Source of the DNA: a bacterium
GTDB taxonomy: Bacteria > SZUA-182 > DTGQ01
NCBI GenBank assembly: GCA_040752695.1
Contig: JBFMGO010000127.1
Location: forward strand, 1 to 16,522
DNA length: 16,522 nucleotides
Direction: 5' to 3'
Shown here: positions 1-8,737 of the stretch, piece after piece
Numbering within the stretch: the stretch's first letter is position 1
How the letters are laid out: each line of letters begins with the position of its first letter
Notes under the pieces: generated by a model
Database searches by the model: none
Seen by the model: only the letters and a program-made list of their open reading frames with translations
What the model was told of the DNA's origin: nothing
Program-made: the position numbers and the translations under genes

Positions 1-225
1 ATGGTCCCGGTTATTTGCCCTGTCGGAAAAAGGTCCTATTCCAAAGACCAGCATTGGGCGGAACCTGACTTGAAACATGCTTCATTACTCATGAGGCAGA
101 TTTTTGAAAACAGAGAGGAGGCTAAGGCCAAAGGAGCTCTGCTGAGAAAGCATATCAGGGATAATTTCAGCAGAGAAGCCATTAAGGACAAGCTGCTTAA
201 GGCGATAACGGAAGAGGTAAGGTGA
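1..225 (+). CDS. Glycosyltransferase family 4-like protein, C-terminal fragment (begins before the window)
   Basis: 'WAEPDLKHASLLMRQIFENREEAKAKG...IRDNFS' is a typical C-terminal segment of GT-B/GT4 proteins. The stop lies 8 nt before the next GT gene. Confidence 0.75.
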   Translation: MVPVICPVGKRSYSKDQHWAEPDLKHASLLMRQIFENREEAKAKGALLRKHIRDNFSREAIKDKLLKAITEEVR

Positions 226-233
226 GGTAAAGC

Positions 234-1067
234 ATGGAGAGAGTAATTCCCAATCTGTTCCATTTTATCTTTGGACTGAAAGAGCAGACTGAGCCATTTC
301 ATATATGCTTCTATCTCTGCCTTGAGTCCTGCTTCCAGGTCAACCATCCGGCTACCGTATATTTCTATTATCACTATGAGCCCTATGGAGAGTATTGGGA
401 GCTTATAAAGAAGCGCCTTGAACTGGTAAAGGTTGATTTAGTATCTTTTGTATCTCGATATAAGTATGGATTCCGGAACAGAAAATGTAAAAAATATGGT
501 TATGCTCATCATTCCGACTTTATCAGACTTGAAAAGCTCATTGAAAAAGGAGGCATATACGCAGATATCGATACCATATTCGTGAATAAAATACCGGATT
601 ACCTCTTTACAAAACCATTTGTTCTGGGCCGGGAAGATGATGTCCCTGTTCACAGGGAAAAGCAGCTCAGCCCATCATTGTGCAATGCCTTTATCGTGTC
701 CGCCCAAAATTCTGAGTTTGCCATAAAATGGCGCGAGAATATGGAAAAAGAATTTGATGGTTCATGGAGTAACCACTCAACATTCCTTCCTCAAAGGTTA
801 AGTAAACAATACCCTGATCTCATCCATATAGAACCTAAGAGGACTTTCTACAAGCATATGTGGACACCGCAGGGCATTCATACTCTTTTTAAAGGATGTG
901 ATCAGGACACTAAGGATGTAGTCAGCATGCATTTATGGAGTCACCTCTGGTGGTCGAAAAAGAGAAAGGATTTTTCCGACTTTCATGAGGGAGTCCTTAC
1001 TCCGGAGTATATCCAGACTGTTGATACAACCTATAATCTGATTGCACGAAGGTTTTTGCCGGGATGA
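234..1067 (+). CDS. DXD-motif glycosyltransferase (GT32 / Gly_transf_sug family)
   Basis: N-terminal 'IPNLFHFIF', then 'HHSDFIRLEKLIEKGGIYADIDT' (SD..R...L...GG.Y.D.D signature), 'LCNAF' and 'MHLW'. RBS GAGGT upstream of the ATG. Confidence 0.88.
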   Translation: MERVIPNLFHFIFGLKEQTEPFHICFYLCLESCFQVNHPATVYFYYHYEPYGEYWELIKKRLELVKVDLVSFVSRYKYGFRNRKCKKYGYAHHSDFIRLEKLIEKGGIYADIDTIFVNKIPDYLFTKPFVLGREDDVPVHREKQLSPSLCNAFIVSAQNSEFAIKWRENMEKEFDGSWSNHSTFLPQRLSKQYPDLIHIEPKRTFYKHMWTPQGIHTLFKGCDQDTKDVVSMHLWSHLWWSKKRKDFSDFHEGVLTPEYIQTVDTTYNLIARRFLPG

Positions 1068-2344
1068 ATAATACTGTATCGGGAAACAAGCCCAGGCTCC
1101 TCTATATTACTCCCGTCGTTCCCTGCCCTTCAGGGAATGGCTTTGCCATGCGGGCTTTTCAGGTGCTTTGGGCCTTGTCAACAAAATACTCTGTCTATTT
1201 ATTAGTTGTCAACAATGTGCCTGGAAATCCATCGATGAGCCGGAAAGTTATGGATATCTGCCAAAACTCAGCCCTTGTACCACTTGAGCCTTTCAAAGAT
1301 GTTCGGGTAATTGCCCGGTCATTAGCCTATAGGTTTGCGTATCGTTTTTTTGGTAAACGTATTTTGTTGCCCAAAGAGTATCTCTTTCTCACCAGGAAGA
1401 GAATGAAATCTATAACCAGGATATTTCAAGACATAGATTTTGATGTGATACATGTATTCAGGCTCTTTATGGCCCCTTATGCGCAGCCATTTACGGATAA
1501 AGATTTTTCGGGAATTTATCAACTGGATTTGGATGACATCGAATCACTGAAGAGGCAAAGACTCAGTGAACTCTACAAAGAAAATGGCCATAGAGCAATG
1601 GCAGAAAAGATGGCTCGGGATGCTCAACAGTACGAAGAGATTGAGAGAAGCACTCTGCCATGTTTTGACCGGGTTTTTGTGTGCTCTCCCCTGGACAAGG
1701 AGAGGATACGTCAAAATTATCACTGTAAAAAGGTGGATGTTCTTCCCAATGTAATGAACATCCCTGAAGGAGAAAGCGAAGAGAGAATAAGCCTTCCTTT
1801 TACCTTTCTATTTGTCGGAGCACTGGGGTATTACCCTAATAGTGAAGGTATTATCTACTTTTGTGAAAAGGTATTGCCTTTGCTTCGCAGGAAAAGTCCG
1901 ATGGAATTCAGAATTAATATTGCCGGTGCCTGGTTTCCCCGGAAAGATAAAAAGAAATTAGCCCGCCTTAAAGAAGTGAGGCTATTAGGGTTCATAGATG
2001 ATATCGGCCCATACTATAAAGATGCTCACTGTGTACTCATTCCTATAAGGGCAGGGGGAGGCACCCGGATAAAGGCACTTGAAGCCTTCGCCTACAGAAA
2101 GCCGGTTGTATCAACTCCCCTGGGTGTAGAAGGTATTGATGTTCAGCACGAGAAACAAGTACTGATCTCTGACACCGCAGAAAAATTTGCGGAAGATTGT
2201 ATCCGGATTATGACCGACCCACCACTTCGCAGCAGTTTAGGAAAAAATGCCTTGCATTTCGTGCAGACCTTCTATAATCCGCAACTGCTCATAAATATAG
2301 TGTGTGGAGAGGATGGAAAAGCCAAACCTGATCCTATTCTATAA
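1064..2344 (+). CDS. Glycosyltransferase family 4 (GT-B)
   Basis: 'LLYITPVVP.P..G...R', 'FVGALGYYPN.EG', 'PIRAGGGTRIKALEAFAYRKPVVST..G.EG'. ATGA overlap with the upstream stop. Confidence 0.92.
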   Translation: MNNTVSGNKPRLLYITPVVPCPSGNGFAMRAFQVLWALSTKYSVYLLVVNNVPGNPSMSRKVMDICQNSALVPLEPFKDVRVIARSLAYRFAYRFFGKRILLPKEYLFLTRKRMKSITRIFQDIDFDVIHVFRLFMAPYAQPFTDKDFSGIYQLDLDDIESLKRQRLSELYKENGHRAMAEKMARDAQQYEEIERSTLPCFDRVFVCSPLDKERIRQNYHCKKVDVLPNVMNIPEGESEERISLPFTFLFVGALGYYPNSEGIIYFCEKVLPLLRRKSPMEFRINIAGAWFPRKDKKKLARLKEVRLLGFIDDIGPYYKDAHCVLIPIRAGGGTRIKALEAFAYRKPVVSTPLGVEGIDVQHEKQVLISDTAEKFAEDCIRIMTDPPLRSSLGKNALHFVQTFYNPQLLINIVCGEDGKAKPDPIL

Positions 2345-3200
2345 TACAATGTGGGATCAGCCGCTTACCTACCCGCAGGCTGATATTCCCGAAACTTATA
2401 TGCTGACCACGGATCGACGATTCATGCAGGAGGCAACTGCCGTGGTATTTCACCTTCCCTCACTTCCTTCTCGCATTTTCCACCATGGCCATCTCAGGAA
2501 AAGAAAAGGTCAAATATGGGTCGCCTGGTTTATGGAATGCGAAGCCCATTATCCTCATCTGGGCAGTTCTTCATTCATGAGTTGCTTTGATTTGACTATG
2601 ACCTATCATCTGGATGCAGATATCGTTGTTTCTTATGTTCCCCATGATTTCAGGGAATCCCTGGGGAGGCCTATCCATGATAAGGATGCTGGAAATATAG
2701 TGAATGCATTTATCTCAAGCCGTTTTAATAAAAGCGGCAGGATGGAATATCTCAAGGAATTGATGAAATTTCTTGACCTTCATTCTTATGGAAAAATATT
2801 TCGAACCAGGGTCATAGAAAAAGATCATGGACGTCAGACTAAGATGGATATCATTGCTCGATACAAGTTCACACTTGCCTTTGAAAATGCTATTGCGCAA
2901 GACTATGTGACTGAAAAGTTCTATGATCCATTGACGGCCGGTTCTGTGCCCGTATATTTAGGTGCTCCGAATATCAACGATTTCGCCCCGGATGAAGGAT
3001 GCTTTATCAATGCCTCTGCATGGGATAGTCCGAAATCTCTTGCGCAATATCTTATCGCTGTATCCCGAGATGATAACCTATACAAGAGCTTTTTTGAGTG
3101 GAAAACAAAACCACTTAAGCAAACATTGGTCAGGTTAATTGAGCAACAAAAGGAAAATGAATTTGTAAGGTTATGTAAAATGATAGAATCTGCAAACTAA
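2304..3200 (+). CDS. Alpha-1,3-fucosyltransferase, GT10 family
   Basis: GT10 motif 'YKFTLAFENAIAQDYVTEKFYDPL..GSVPVYLG', plus 'AVVFH', 'FDLTMTYHLDADI' and 'FISS...R..Y..EL'. The start is GTG 2304 or ATG 2313. Confidence 0.92.
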   Translation: MERMEKPNLILFYNTMWDQPLTYPQADIPETYMLTTDRRFMQEATAVVFHLPSLPSRIFHHGHLRKRKGQIWVAWFMECEAHYPHLGSSSFMSCFDLTMTYHLDADIVVSYVPHDFRESLGRPIHDKDAGNIVNAFISSRFNKSGRMEYLKELMKFLDLHSYGKIFRTRVIEKDHGRQTKMDIIARYKFTLAFENAIAQDYVTEKFYDPLTAGSVPVYLGAPNINDFAPDEGCFINASAWDSPKSLAQYLIAVSRDDNLYKSFFEWKTKPLKQTLVRLIEQQKENEFVRLCKMIESAN

Positions 3201-3213
3201 TAGGAATTCCATT

Positions 3214-4203
3214 TCAAGACCTTGCCAGGGTTTCATGAATGGACCCGATCAAGCGGCCTGGCTCAAGCCGGCTCCAGACATCCTTTTGGTCAGTGAGCCT
3301 GCCATACTGCTGGAGCCACTTCGAGAGGTTTCTCTTGTCGCCAGCCTCGTTCCAGTCCTCGACGATGACAACTGGAAGCCCATCAAACAAGCGGTCAAGC
3401 GACGATGTTTTGGTGATTACGATGGTGCCGAGATAGAGCAATTCCCATGTTCGATGACAATCCAGCCCATTTCCCGCTGCGCTGACGACGAAGGGGTATT
3501 CGGCATAACGACGCCAGATAGCGGTTTGCGACATGGGTTTTCTTAGAAAGTCGACATGGTCGTAATTCCGAAGCACTGCGGCGGCCCGACGTCTTTCCTC
3601 CGAGGCGAGACTGACTTCCAGATCACAGAAAACCCTTAGCGGCACTTGATCAAGCGGTAGCCGACATGCTCGAATACGCTGTAGTTCTGCGACGAGCCGG
3701 CGCGGACTGGAGCAGAAGCGGGGCGTGTGAAGATCTATCCCTATCGGCAGCGGCGCAAACTTGGCATGTGCGTGGCCGTCATAGTTCTGAGTGTGCCAGG
3801 ACACCAACCAAGGGCAGTCAAGCAGTGCATCGATAGTGGCTGTTGCGATGTCGGAAGGTACTGACGCATCGCCGTCTGTGGTGATCAGAACGAATGGTTC
3901 CCGAATCGTCGGCAGCGCCCCACGGACAAAATTGTCGAGATCACATGGCTTTCCATCCCTCGACTTTGTACCCAAACGCACCCATACGACACCACGAGCG
4001 CCGGCATAGTGCTGGCGGAAGAACGATTCCGACTGGCAAGATTCAGTCTCTTCGCGCCAATAGGAGTCGGAACCTTTGAAATCGCAATACTGACTTATGC
4101 CCTTTGACCACAGGCAAGGCGGATCATATTTCCGCGCTGGTACCCAGGTGAATCGGATCAGCAACCGCCTCAGTGCCCTGCGCCTGCCATGAAGGAGTCT
4201 CAT
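3214..4203 (-). CDS. Exostosin/GT47-like putative glycosyltransferase
   Basis: 329-aa ORF with 'PFVLITTDGDASVP', 'W..QN', 'PLPIGID' and 'FVVSAAGNGLDCHRTWELLYLGTIVI', resembling the exostosin-like C-terminal motif. Visibly more GC-rich than its neighbours. Confidence 0.65.
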   Translation of the reverse strand: MRLLHGRRRALRRLLIRFTWVPARKYDPPCLWSKGISQYCDFKGSDSYWREETESCQSESFFRQHYAGARGVVWVRLGTKSRDGKPCDLDNFVRGALPTIREPFVLITTDGDASVPSDIATATIDALLDCPWLVSWHTQNYDGHAHAKFAPLPIGIDLHTPRFCSSPRRLVAELQRIRACRLPLDQVPLRVFCDLEVSLASEERRRAAAVLRNYDHVDFLRKPMSQTAIWRRYAEYPFVVSAAGNGLDCHRTWELLYLGTIVITKTSSLDRLFDGLPVVIVEDWNEAGDKRNLSKWLQQYGRLTDQKDVWSRLEPGRLIGSIHETLARS

Positions 4204-4300
4204 GGCACGGCGACGGGGCTCTTGAAATCGATCGTCATTACGACCGTAGTCAAATAGGGAAAAACCCCGTCATTAAAAACCAAGTAATGGGAGTCCATCA

Positions 4301-5539
4301 TCAGTCGTTCTCCTTCATCCTGTTTTGTTTACGTAATTCAATACCTTCATTGCTAACCTCAGCAGCAATTGCTTTTCGAGCCCACATGACAGCTTCTTTG
4401 GTTGCACTGCAACCATGACAACCCATACATCCGGAATTTTTTAAGGAGATGTTGTCTACCGATTCTTTTACCAGGATTTTTCCTAATTCTTTATGTAATT
4501 GTAAAACCTTATCTTCCCGACCAATGTAAGAAGGGATGATCTTCCCCAGTGCAGAACTGCCTACTCGAACCAAAAATATCGAAGTGATTACTCCCATTTT
4601 AGCTGCTCTCTCAATTTCTTTTATAGTGATCTCAAAATCCTCATCAAAACCTATCATATTGACGTTCCATACTTTTCCCCGTCCAAAACGGGATACAGCC
4701 ATTTCCCAGCTTCTCAGGTAGTCATCCGGAGTAAATGCTCTGGCTTTGCCGGGACAAATATTCCGGCGCACTTTTTCATCGAAGGATTCTAAAAATATTC
4801 CTATCGAATCAGCTACTTCACCTAGTTCCTTCAAGAGAGCTTTATCAAAAACGGGCTCACATTGAAGATGTATTGACAGCCCGGTTTTTTCCCGGATAAG
4901 CCTGGCCAAACATAACAGATCCCTTGCCGTTGACTCAGGTGTTCCCATTGTGCCACTGGTCAGAGTTACTGAGCGAACTGTATTGTGAGTTACACCCAAT
5001 TTGAGATACTTAAGATTTAATCGATTTGATAGTTTTTTGGGAAGTTTGAATCTTTCAACCAATATAGTATTGGTGCAAAACTTACACCCTTCATTTTGGT
5101 CAAAATGTCTACACCATCTATAAACAAAAGTGGCGTAGGTTCTGTAGGGATGAAAGCGTACCTTAACTAAATGAGCTGTTTTTCTACGTCTAAACCACAC
5201 ATTGCGCCAATTGAATGGTACCTCTTCTAAAAAGATATTGTCTTCAGTGAAAAGAATCTTCTTTTTCCCTTCGAGTCTATTTTCTTCCCACCAATTGGCG
5301 GGCAAGGCATATTGGGCTAAATAATGATCTTTTGGATACATTACCAGACTTATCTGGCTATCATGATTCCCAGGCCCGTCACCTACATAGCAGGTTAATC
5401 CCCGCGGTCCGGGACCACCTTGGCGGGATTGAAGATGAACTATTGGCGTTAAGTCGTCCATTATGGTGATACCTCGAGAAAGAAGCGTGACCCGGTTTTT
5501 TAATTTCATCAGAGCTTTTTCTTCACTATCGACTCTCAA
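4301..5539 (-). CDS. Radical SAM protein, MSMEG_0568/NitD-like
   Basis: Expanded cluster motif C-x8-C-x2-C (CRHFDQNEGCKFC), N-terminal SRQGGPGP, 'TLTSGT', 'IHLQCEP', 'GIFLESFD..VR..ICPGK' and C-terminal GCMGCHGCS. Probable start is TTG at 5539, with GGAGG 6 nt upstream (5546-5550), rather than 5635. Confidence 0.85.
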   Translation of the reverse strand: MRVDSEEKALMKLKNRVTLLSRGITIMDDLTPIVHLQSRQGGPGPRGLTCYVGDGPGNHDSQISLVMYPKDHYLAQYALPANWWEENRLEGKKKILFTEDNIFLEEVPFNWRNVWFRRRKTAHLVKVRFHPYRTYATFVYRWCRHFDQNEGCKFCTNTILVERFKLPKKLSNRLNLKYLKLGVTHNTVRSVTLTSGTMGTPESTARDLLCLARLIREKTGLSIHLQCEPVFDKALLKELGEVADSIGIFLESFDEKVRRNICPGKARAFTPDDYLRSWEMAVSRFGRGKVWNVNMIGFDEDFEITIKEIERAAKMGVITSIFLVRVGSSALGKIIPSYIGREDKVLQLHKELGKILVKESVDNISLKNSGCMGCHGCSATKEAVMWARKAIAAEVSNEGIELRKQNRMKEND

Positions 5540-5565
5540 GATATTCCTCCCACTATAGATTCTAT

Positions 5566-5733
5566 TTAAGGTTTTATTATTTTTATCAGTCGGGCTTCTG
5601 GTATTACAGTTGTGCCAGTCACAATTAAGGAGCACTTGGACTCTTCTTTCTCCACCGGGTCATTGAGTTTCGATTTAATCTTTGAGGTCTCACTGACCTT
5701 GGATAAGAACCTGATCTTTTGATTTTGCCACAT
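5566..5733 (-). CDS. Possible 55-aa small ORF upstream of the radical SAM gene
   Basis: ATG at 5733 to TAA at 5566: MWQNQKIRFLSKVSETSKIKSKLNDPVEKEESKCSLIVTGTTVIPEARLIKIIKP. It ends just before the radical SAM RBS and has no clear RBS of its own. Confidence 0.3.
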   Translation of the reverse strand: MWQNQKIRFLSKVSETSKIKSKLNDPVEKEESKCSLIVTGTTVIPEARLIKIIKP

Positions 5734-6009
5734 TCCACCGGATTTTTCGGTATAAAATGATTTTATAGTTACTTAATCAACTTGATTTTTTAATAAAATT
5801 TCACTAAAACCGTAATATTTTTTACATATTCTAACTATTGCAAGAAGTAACTGCTTATCATCTTTCTTAGTTATGAAGTAAAAATTTATCCGATATAAAA
5901 CAAATCAATAATGCTGTTGTAGTTTACTCAAGCGGGAACTGATATAAAATCTGTTAGCTTTTGCTGATGCCTTGTGCCAGGGACAGCAATCACCTATAAA
6001 GGAGATAAT

Positions 6010-6867
6010 TTGTCACCAACATTTCCAGAAGTAACTTACACCCCGGCAAGCCGTCTAAACCAACCTCTACGCCTTTTTAGGGATATGCTACAAGATTTAT
6101 GGAATAGTAGGGAATTAGCTTGGCGACTCTTTGTGAGGGACATTTGTGCCCTTTATAGACAGACAGCTCTTGGTTTATTCTGGGCTTTTTTGCCCCCTAT
6201 AGCCACTACTATTGCTTTTGTAATTCTGAATAGTGGTAAAGTTCTTAATATCGGAGAAGGAGCCAATATTCCTTATCCGGCATTTGTAATGTTAGGAACG
6301 GTTCTTTGGGAATTATTTAAAGATTCCTTGAATGCACCAATTTATATCGTGACCAGGGCAAAAACTATGCTCAGCAAGATTAATTTCCCGCAGGAGGCGC
6401 TCATACTTTCCGGCATTGGCGAGGTTCTTTTCAGTTTTTCAATTAAGCTTTTTTTACTTATACCTATCTTCTGGTGGTTTAAAGTCCCTGTGGCTCCCTC
6501 TGTTATTTTAGTACCGGTGGCAATATTATTTTTATTGCTATTTGGAACAATGATAGGCATGCTATTGGTTCCTATTGGCATGTTATTTCAGGATTTTTCC
6601 AAGATCTTACCTATAGTTATGATGCTATGGATGCTATTTACACCTGTAGTATACCCTCCTACAAGAGAAGGTATTTTAGGTAAAATTAATTCTTTAAATC
6701 CAGTTTCACCTCTTATCGTCACGGCAAAAAATTGGGTTGTTGTCGGGTTTGGTACTGATAGTCCATTATTCTGGCTAGTGGGAGGTATTGCCATGGTACT
6801 GTTATTATTAGGCTGGGTTGCTTACAAATTATCTATGCCAATCATAATTGAGAGAATGCAAACCTGA
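6010..6867 (+). CDS. wzm: ABC-2 type polysaccharide export permease (Wzm)
   Basis: 'SRELAWRLFVRDI..LYRQTALGLFWAFLPP', 'KINFPQEAL', 'FTPVVYP', 'LNPVSPLI', multiple hydrophobic segments. Probable start is TTG 6010 after AAGGAG (the ORF track opens at 5974). Confidence 0.92.
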   Translation: MSPTFPEVTYTPASRLNQPLRLFRDMLQDLWNSRELAWRLFVRDICALYRQTALGLFWAFLPPIATTIAFVILNSGKVLNIGEGANIPYPAFVMLGTVLWELFKDSLNAPIYIVTRAKTMLSKINFPQEALILSGIGEVLFSFSIKLFLLIPIFWWFKVPVAPSVILVPVAILFLLLFGTMIGMLLVPIGMLFQDFSKILPIVMMLWMLFTPVVYPPTREGILGKINSLNPVSPLIVTAKNWVVVGFGTDSPLFWLVGGIAMVLLLLGWVAYKLSMPIIIERMQT

Positions 6868-6975
6868 GCGGTAACCAGGAAGTCATTTTTTTAGGAATAT
6901 CTTTAAATAGTTAAATAGTATATAAAGGGATAAGGACAATGGCAGTAAAAGTTGATACAGGAGGGATTGTTATAT

Positions 6976-8196
6976 ATGCCCGATGTTCTTGTCACTGTTG
7001 AAAATGTAAACAAAAAATTTTGCCGGGATCTTAAACGTTCTCTTTGGTATGGAGTGAAAGACCTGGCTTATGAATTAACAGGCCGCAGTAAGAATAATGA
7101 AAACTTGCGAAAACATGAGTTTTGGGCCCTGAAAAATATTAACTTTGAAGTGAAACGAGGCGAATGTTTAGCTCTGATTGGACCTAATGGTGCTGGAAAA
7201 AGTACATTGCTGAAAATGCTGCACGGACTTATCAAGCCTGATGCAGGGAAAATAACCATACGTGGCCGTGTTGGAGCGCTTATAGAACTAGAAGCCGGTT
7301 TTAATCCCATTTTAACTGGTAGAGAAAATATTTATGTCAACGGTGCAATACTAGGGTTTTCCAAAAAGGAGTTGGGAAAAAAAATCAATGATATTGTATC
7401 CTTTGCCGAAGTTAGCGATTTTATTGATGCGCCTATTCAAAGTTATAGTTCCGGCATGAGGATTCGGCTTGGATTTTCTATTGCTGCCCATCTGCAACCA
7501 GACATACTGCTTATTGATGAGGTACTAGCCGTTGGTGATATCGGTTTTAAGATGAAATGCTTTAAGCATATCATGAAGCTGAAAGATCAGGGTATTTCTA
7601 TCATATTAGTTTCACACGCTATACATCAACTTTCCCGTGTTTCAGATCGTGTTATGGTTTTACATAAGGGGGAAAATTTTTATGATGGAGGTTTGTCCAA
7701 AGGTATTGGCTGCTATCAAAATTTACTCAAAACACAAGATTCTATAGACCACCGAAATGTAAATGAGGGAATGCCTTACATTGAATATGTTCGTTTGATG
7801 GATGATCAAGGGAATGACAAAGAAGAATTCAAAACAGGTGATTTGTTACATGCTGAAATAAGGATTAAGAGTAATAAACTGATCAAGGGAGCAAGATTGA
7901 CTGCTGCTATTGAAGCCCCCGCTGTAGGCATTTTGGGGGCCTTCTCTACACCGTATACCAATTTTCATTTTGACATTATTCCTCCCAGAACAACTATTCG
8001 TCTTATTATGCCGAACATTCCCTTGCTTATTGGAGGATACCACCTGGATCTTCATTTATATGGATCAAGCATTACAGATTTTTACGATCGCTGGAATGGG
8101 GCAACATCATTTCAGGTTGTTGGCCCTCCAACTGATGCCTATGGATTTGGGATAAATCATATAATAAAGTTTGATCATAAGTGGGAGTCAACATGA
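6976..8196 (+). CDS. wzt: Polysaccharide ABC transporter ATP-binding protein (Wzt) with C-terminal carbohydrate-binding domain
   Basis: Walker A GPNGAGKST, 'LTGRENI', signature YSSGM, Walker B 'ILLIDEVLAVGD', H-loop VSH and a Wzt_C-like C-terminal extension. ATG 6976 follows GAGG. Confidence 0.93.
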   Translation: MPDVLVTVENVNKKFCRDLKRSLWYGVKDLAYELTGRSKNNENLRKHEFWALKNINFEVKRGECLALIGPNGAGKSTLLKMLHGLIKPDAGKITIRGRVGALIELEAGFNPILTGRENIYVNGAILGFSKKELGKKINDIVSFAEVSDFIDAPIQSYSSGMRIRLGFSIAAHLQPDILLIDEVLAVGDIGFKMKCFKHIMKLKDQGISIILVSHAIHQLSRVSDRVMVLHKGENFYDGGLSKGIGCYQNLLKTQDSIDHRNVNEGMPYIEYVRLMDDQGNDKEEFKTGDLLHAEIRIKSNKLIKGARLTAAIEAPAVGILGAFSTPYTNFHFDIIPPRTTIRLIMPNIPLLIGGYHLDLHLYGSSITDFYDRWNGATSFQVVGPPTDAYGFGINHIIKFDHKWEST

Positions 8197-8363
8197 AAAA
8201 TGATAAACTAACGAAGTCAAAAAAAAATCCATTTCTGGTTATTCATACCGCAGGGCTTCTACCGGATCGAAAAATACAGCGCGATGTGCAGGATAAAAGC
8301 CGGAGAAAACACCAGTTAATAGAGAAACTACCAAAAAGCCTATCCCAAAATACTCGTGGGTAG
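8193..8363 (+). pseudogene. Short ORF coupled to wzt, possible truncated remnant of the next operon gene
   Basis: ATGA overlap with the wzt stop and GGGAG upstream. 56 aa, no recognisable domain, contains an A9 run and ends just before the MITE/REP cluster. Confidence 0.3.
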
Positions 8364-8413
8364 GATTAGAGTGATATACTTATCCACATAGTGTTTCTCA
8401 AAATCATTGTAAT

Positions 8414-8586
8414 GCTTAGTGGTCCTCTCGCTAAGTAAGTAACATGGATAAGCCTATAAGTGTAGGCATTCTGGAAAACGGCCTTGATCACGTCATTCCC
8501 GCTTTCGCGGGAATGACAAGAAAAGGACTCCATAATTATGGTCGGGTAATTCCCCCAGTATTTACTTAGCGATAGGACCACTAAGC
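8414..8586. mobile_element. MITE-like element A with 25-bp terminal inverted repeats
   Basis: GCTTAGTGGTCCTCTCGCTAAGTAA (8414-8438) and TTACTTAGCGATAGGACCACTAAGC (8562-8586) are inverted repeats matching at 24 of 25 positions. No transposase ORF. Encloses a REP hairpin. Confidence 0.8.
8492..8517. repeat. REP-like palindrome GTCATTCCCGC-TTTC-GCGGGAATGAC
   Basis: Perfect 11-bp stem with a 4-nt loop. Core ATTCCC-N8-GGGAAT (dRS3-like). Same family as 12921-12994. Confidence 0.85.
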
Positions 8587-8601
8587 CTTCGCAGGAATGA
8601 C
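8581..8601. repeat. Right-half REP remnant CTAAGCCTTCGCAGGAATGAC
   Basis: Closely matches CTAAGCCTACGCGGGAATGAC at 12974-12994. Its left part is absent and it abuts the MITE A end. Confidence 0.65.
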
Positions 8602-8650
8602 AAAAAAGGAATGTGATGGCTACTATATATGAGCGAGAAAGATTTACTTA

Positions 8651-8678
8651 TTGACATAAAAGAGGAATTGAGTAAAAT
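8651..8678 (+). promoter_or_regulatory. Putative sigma-70 promoter
   Basis: TTGACA (8651-8656), 16-nt spacer, TAAAAT (8673-8678), upstream of the decayed gene at 8738. Confidence 0.5.
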
Positions 8679-8737
8679 AATTTTAGGCTAAAGATAGAAG
8701 GATGCGGCTGTATACCAAAATAAAATGATAAGCTTAC

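Noticed and set aside
3211..4228. 9-bp inverted repeat ATTTCAAGA/TCTTGAAAT flanking the GC-rich gene
   Set aside because: Too short, no target-site duplication, and it overlaps the stop codon. Plausibly chance.
8380..8388. Perfect DnaA box TTATCCACA, with mnmG nearby, suggesting oriC
   Set aside because: I saw only one perfect box and no cluster, including in the long region after mnmG.
8366..8581. 71-aa minus-strand ORF
   Set aside because: Translation of MITE A/REP DNA ('CHSRESGN'), not a gene.
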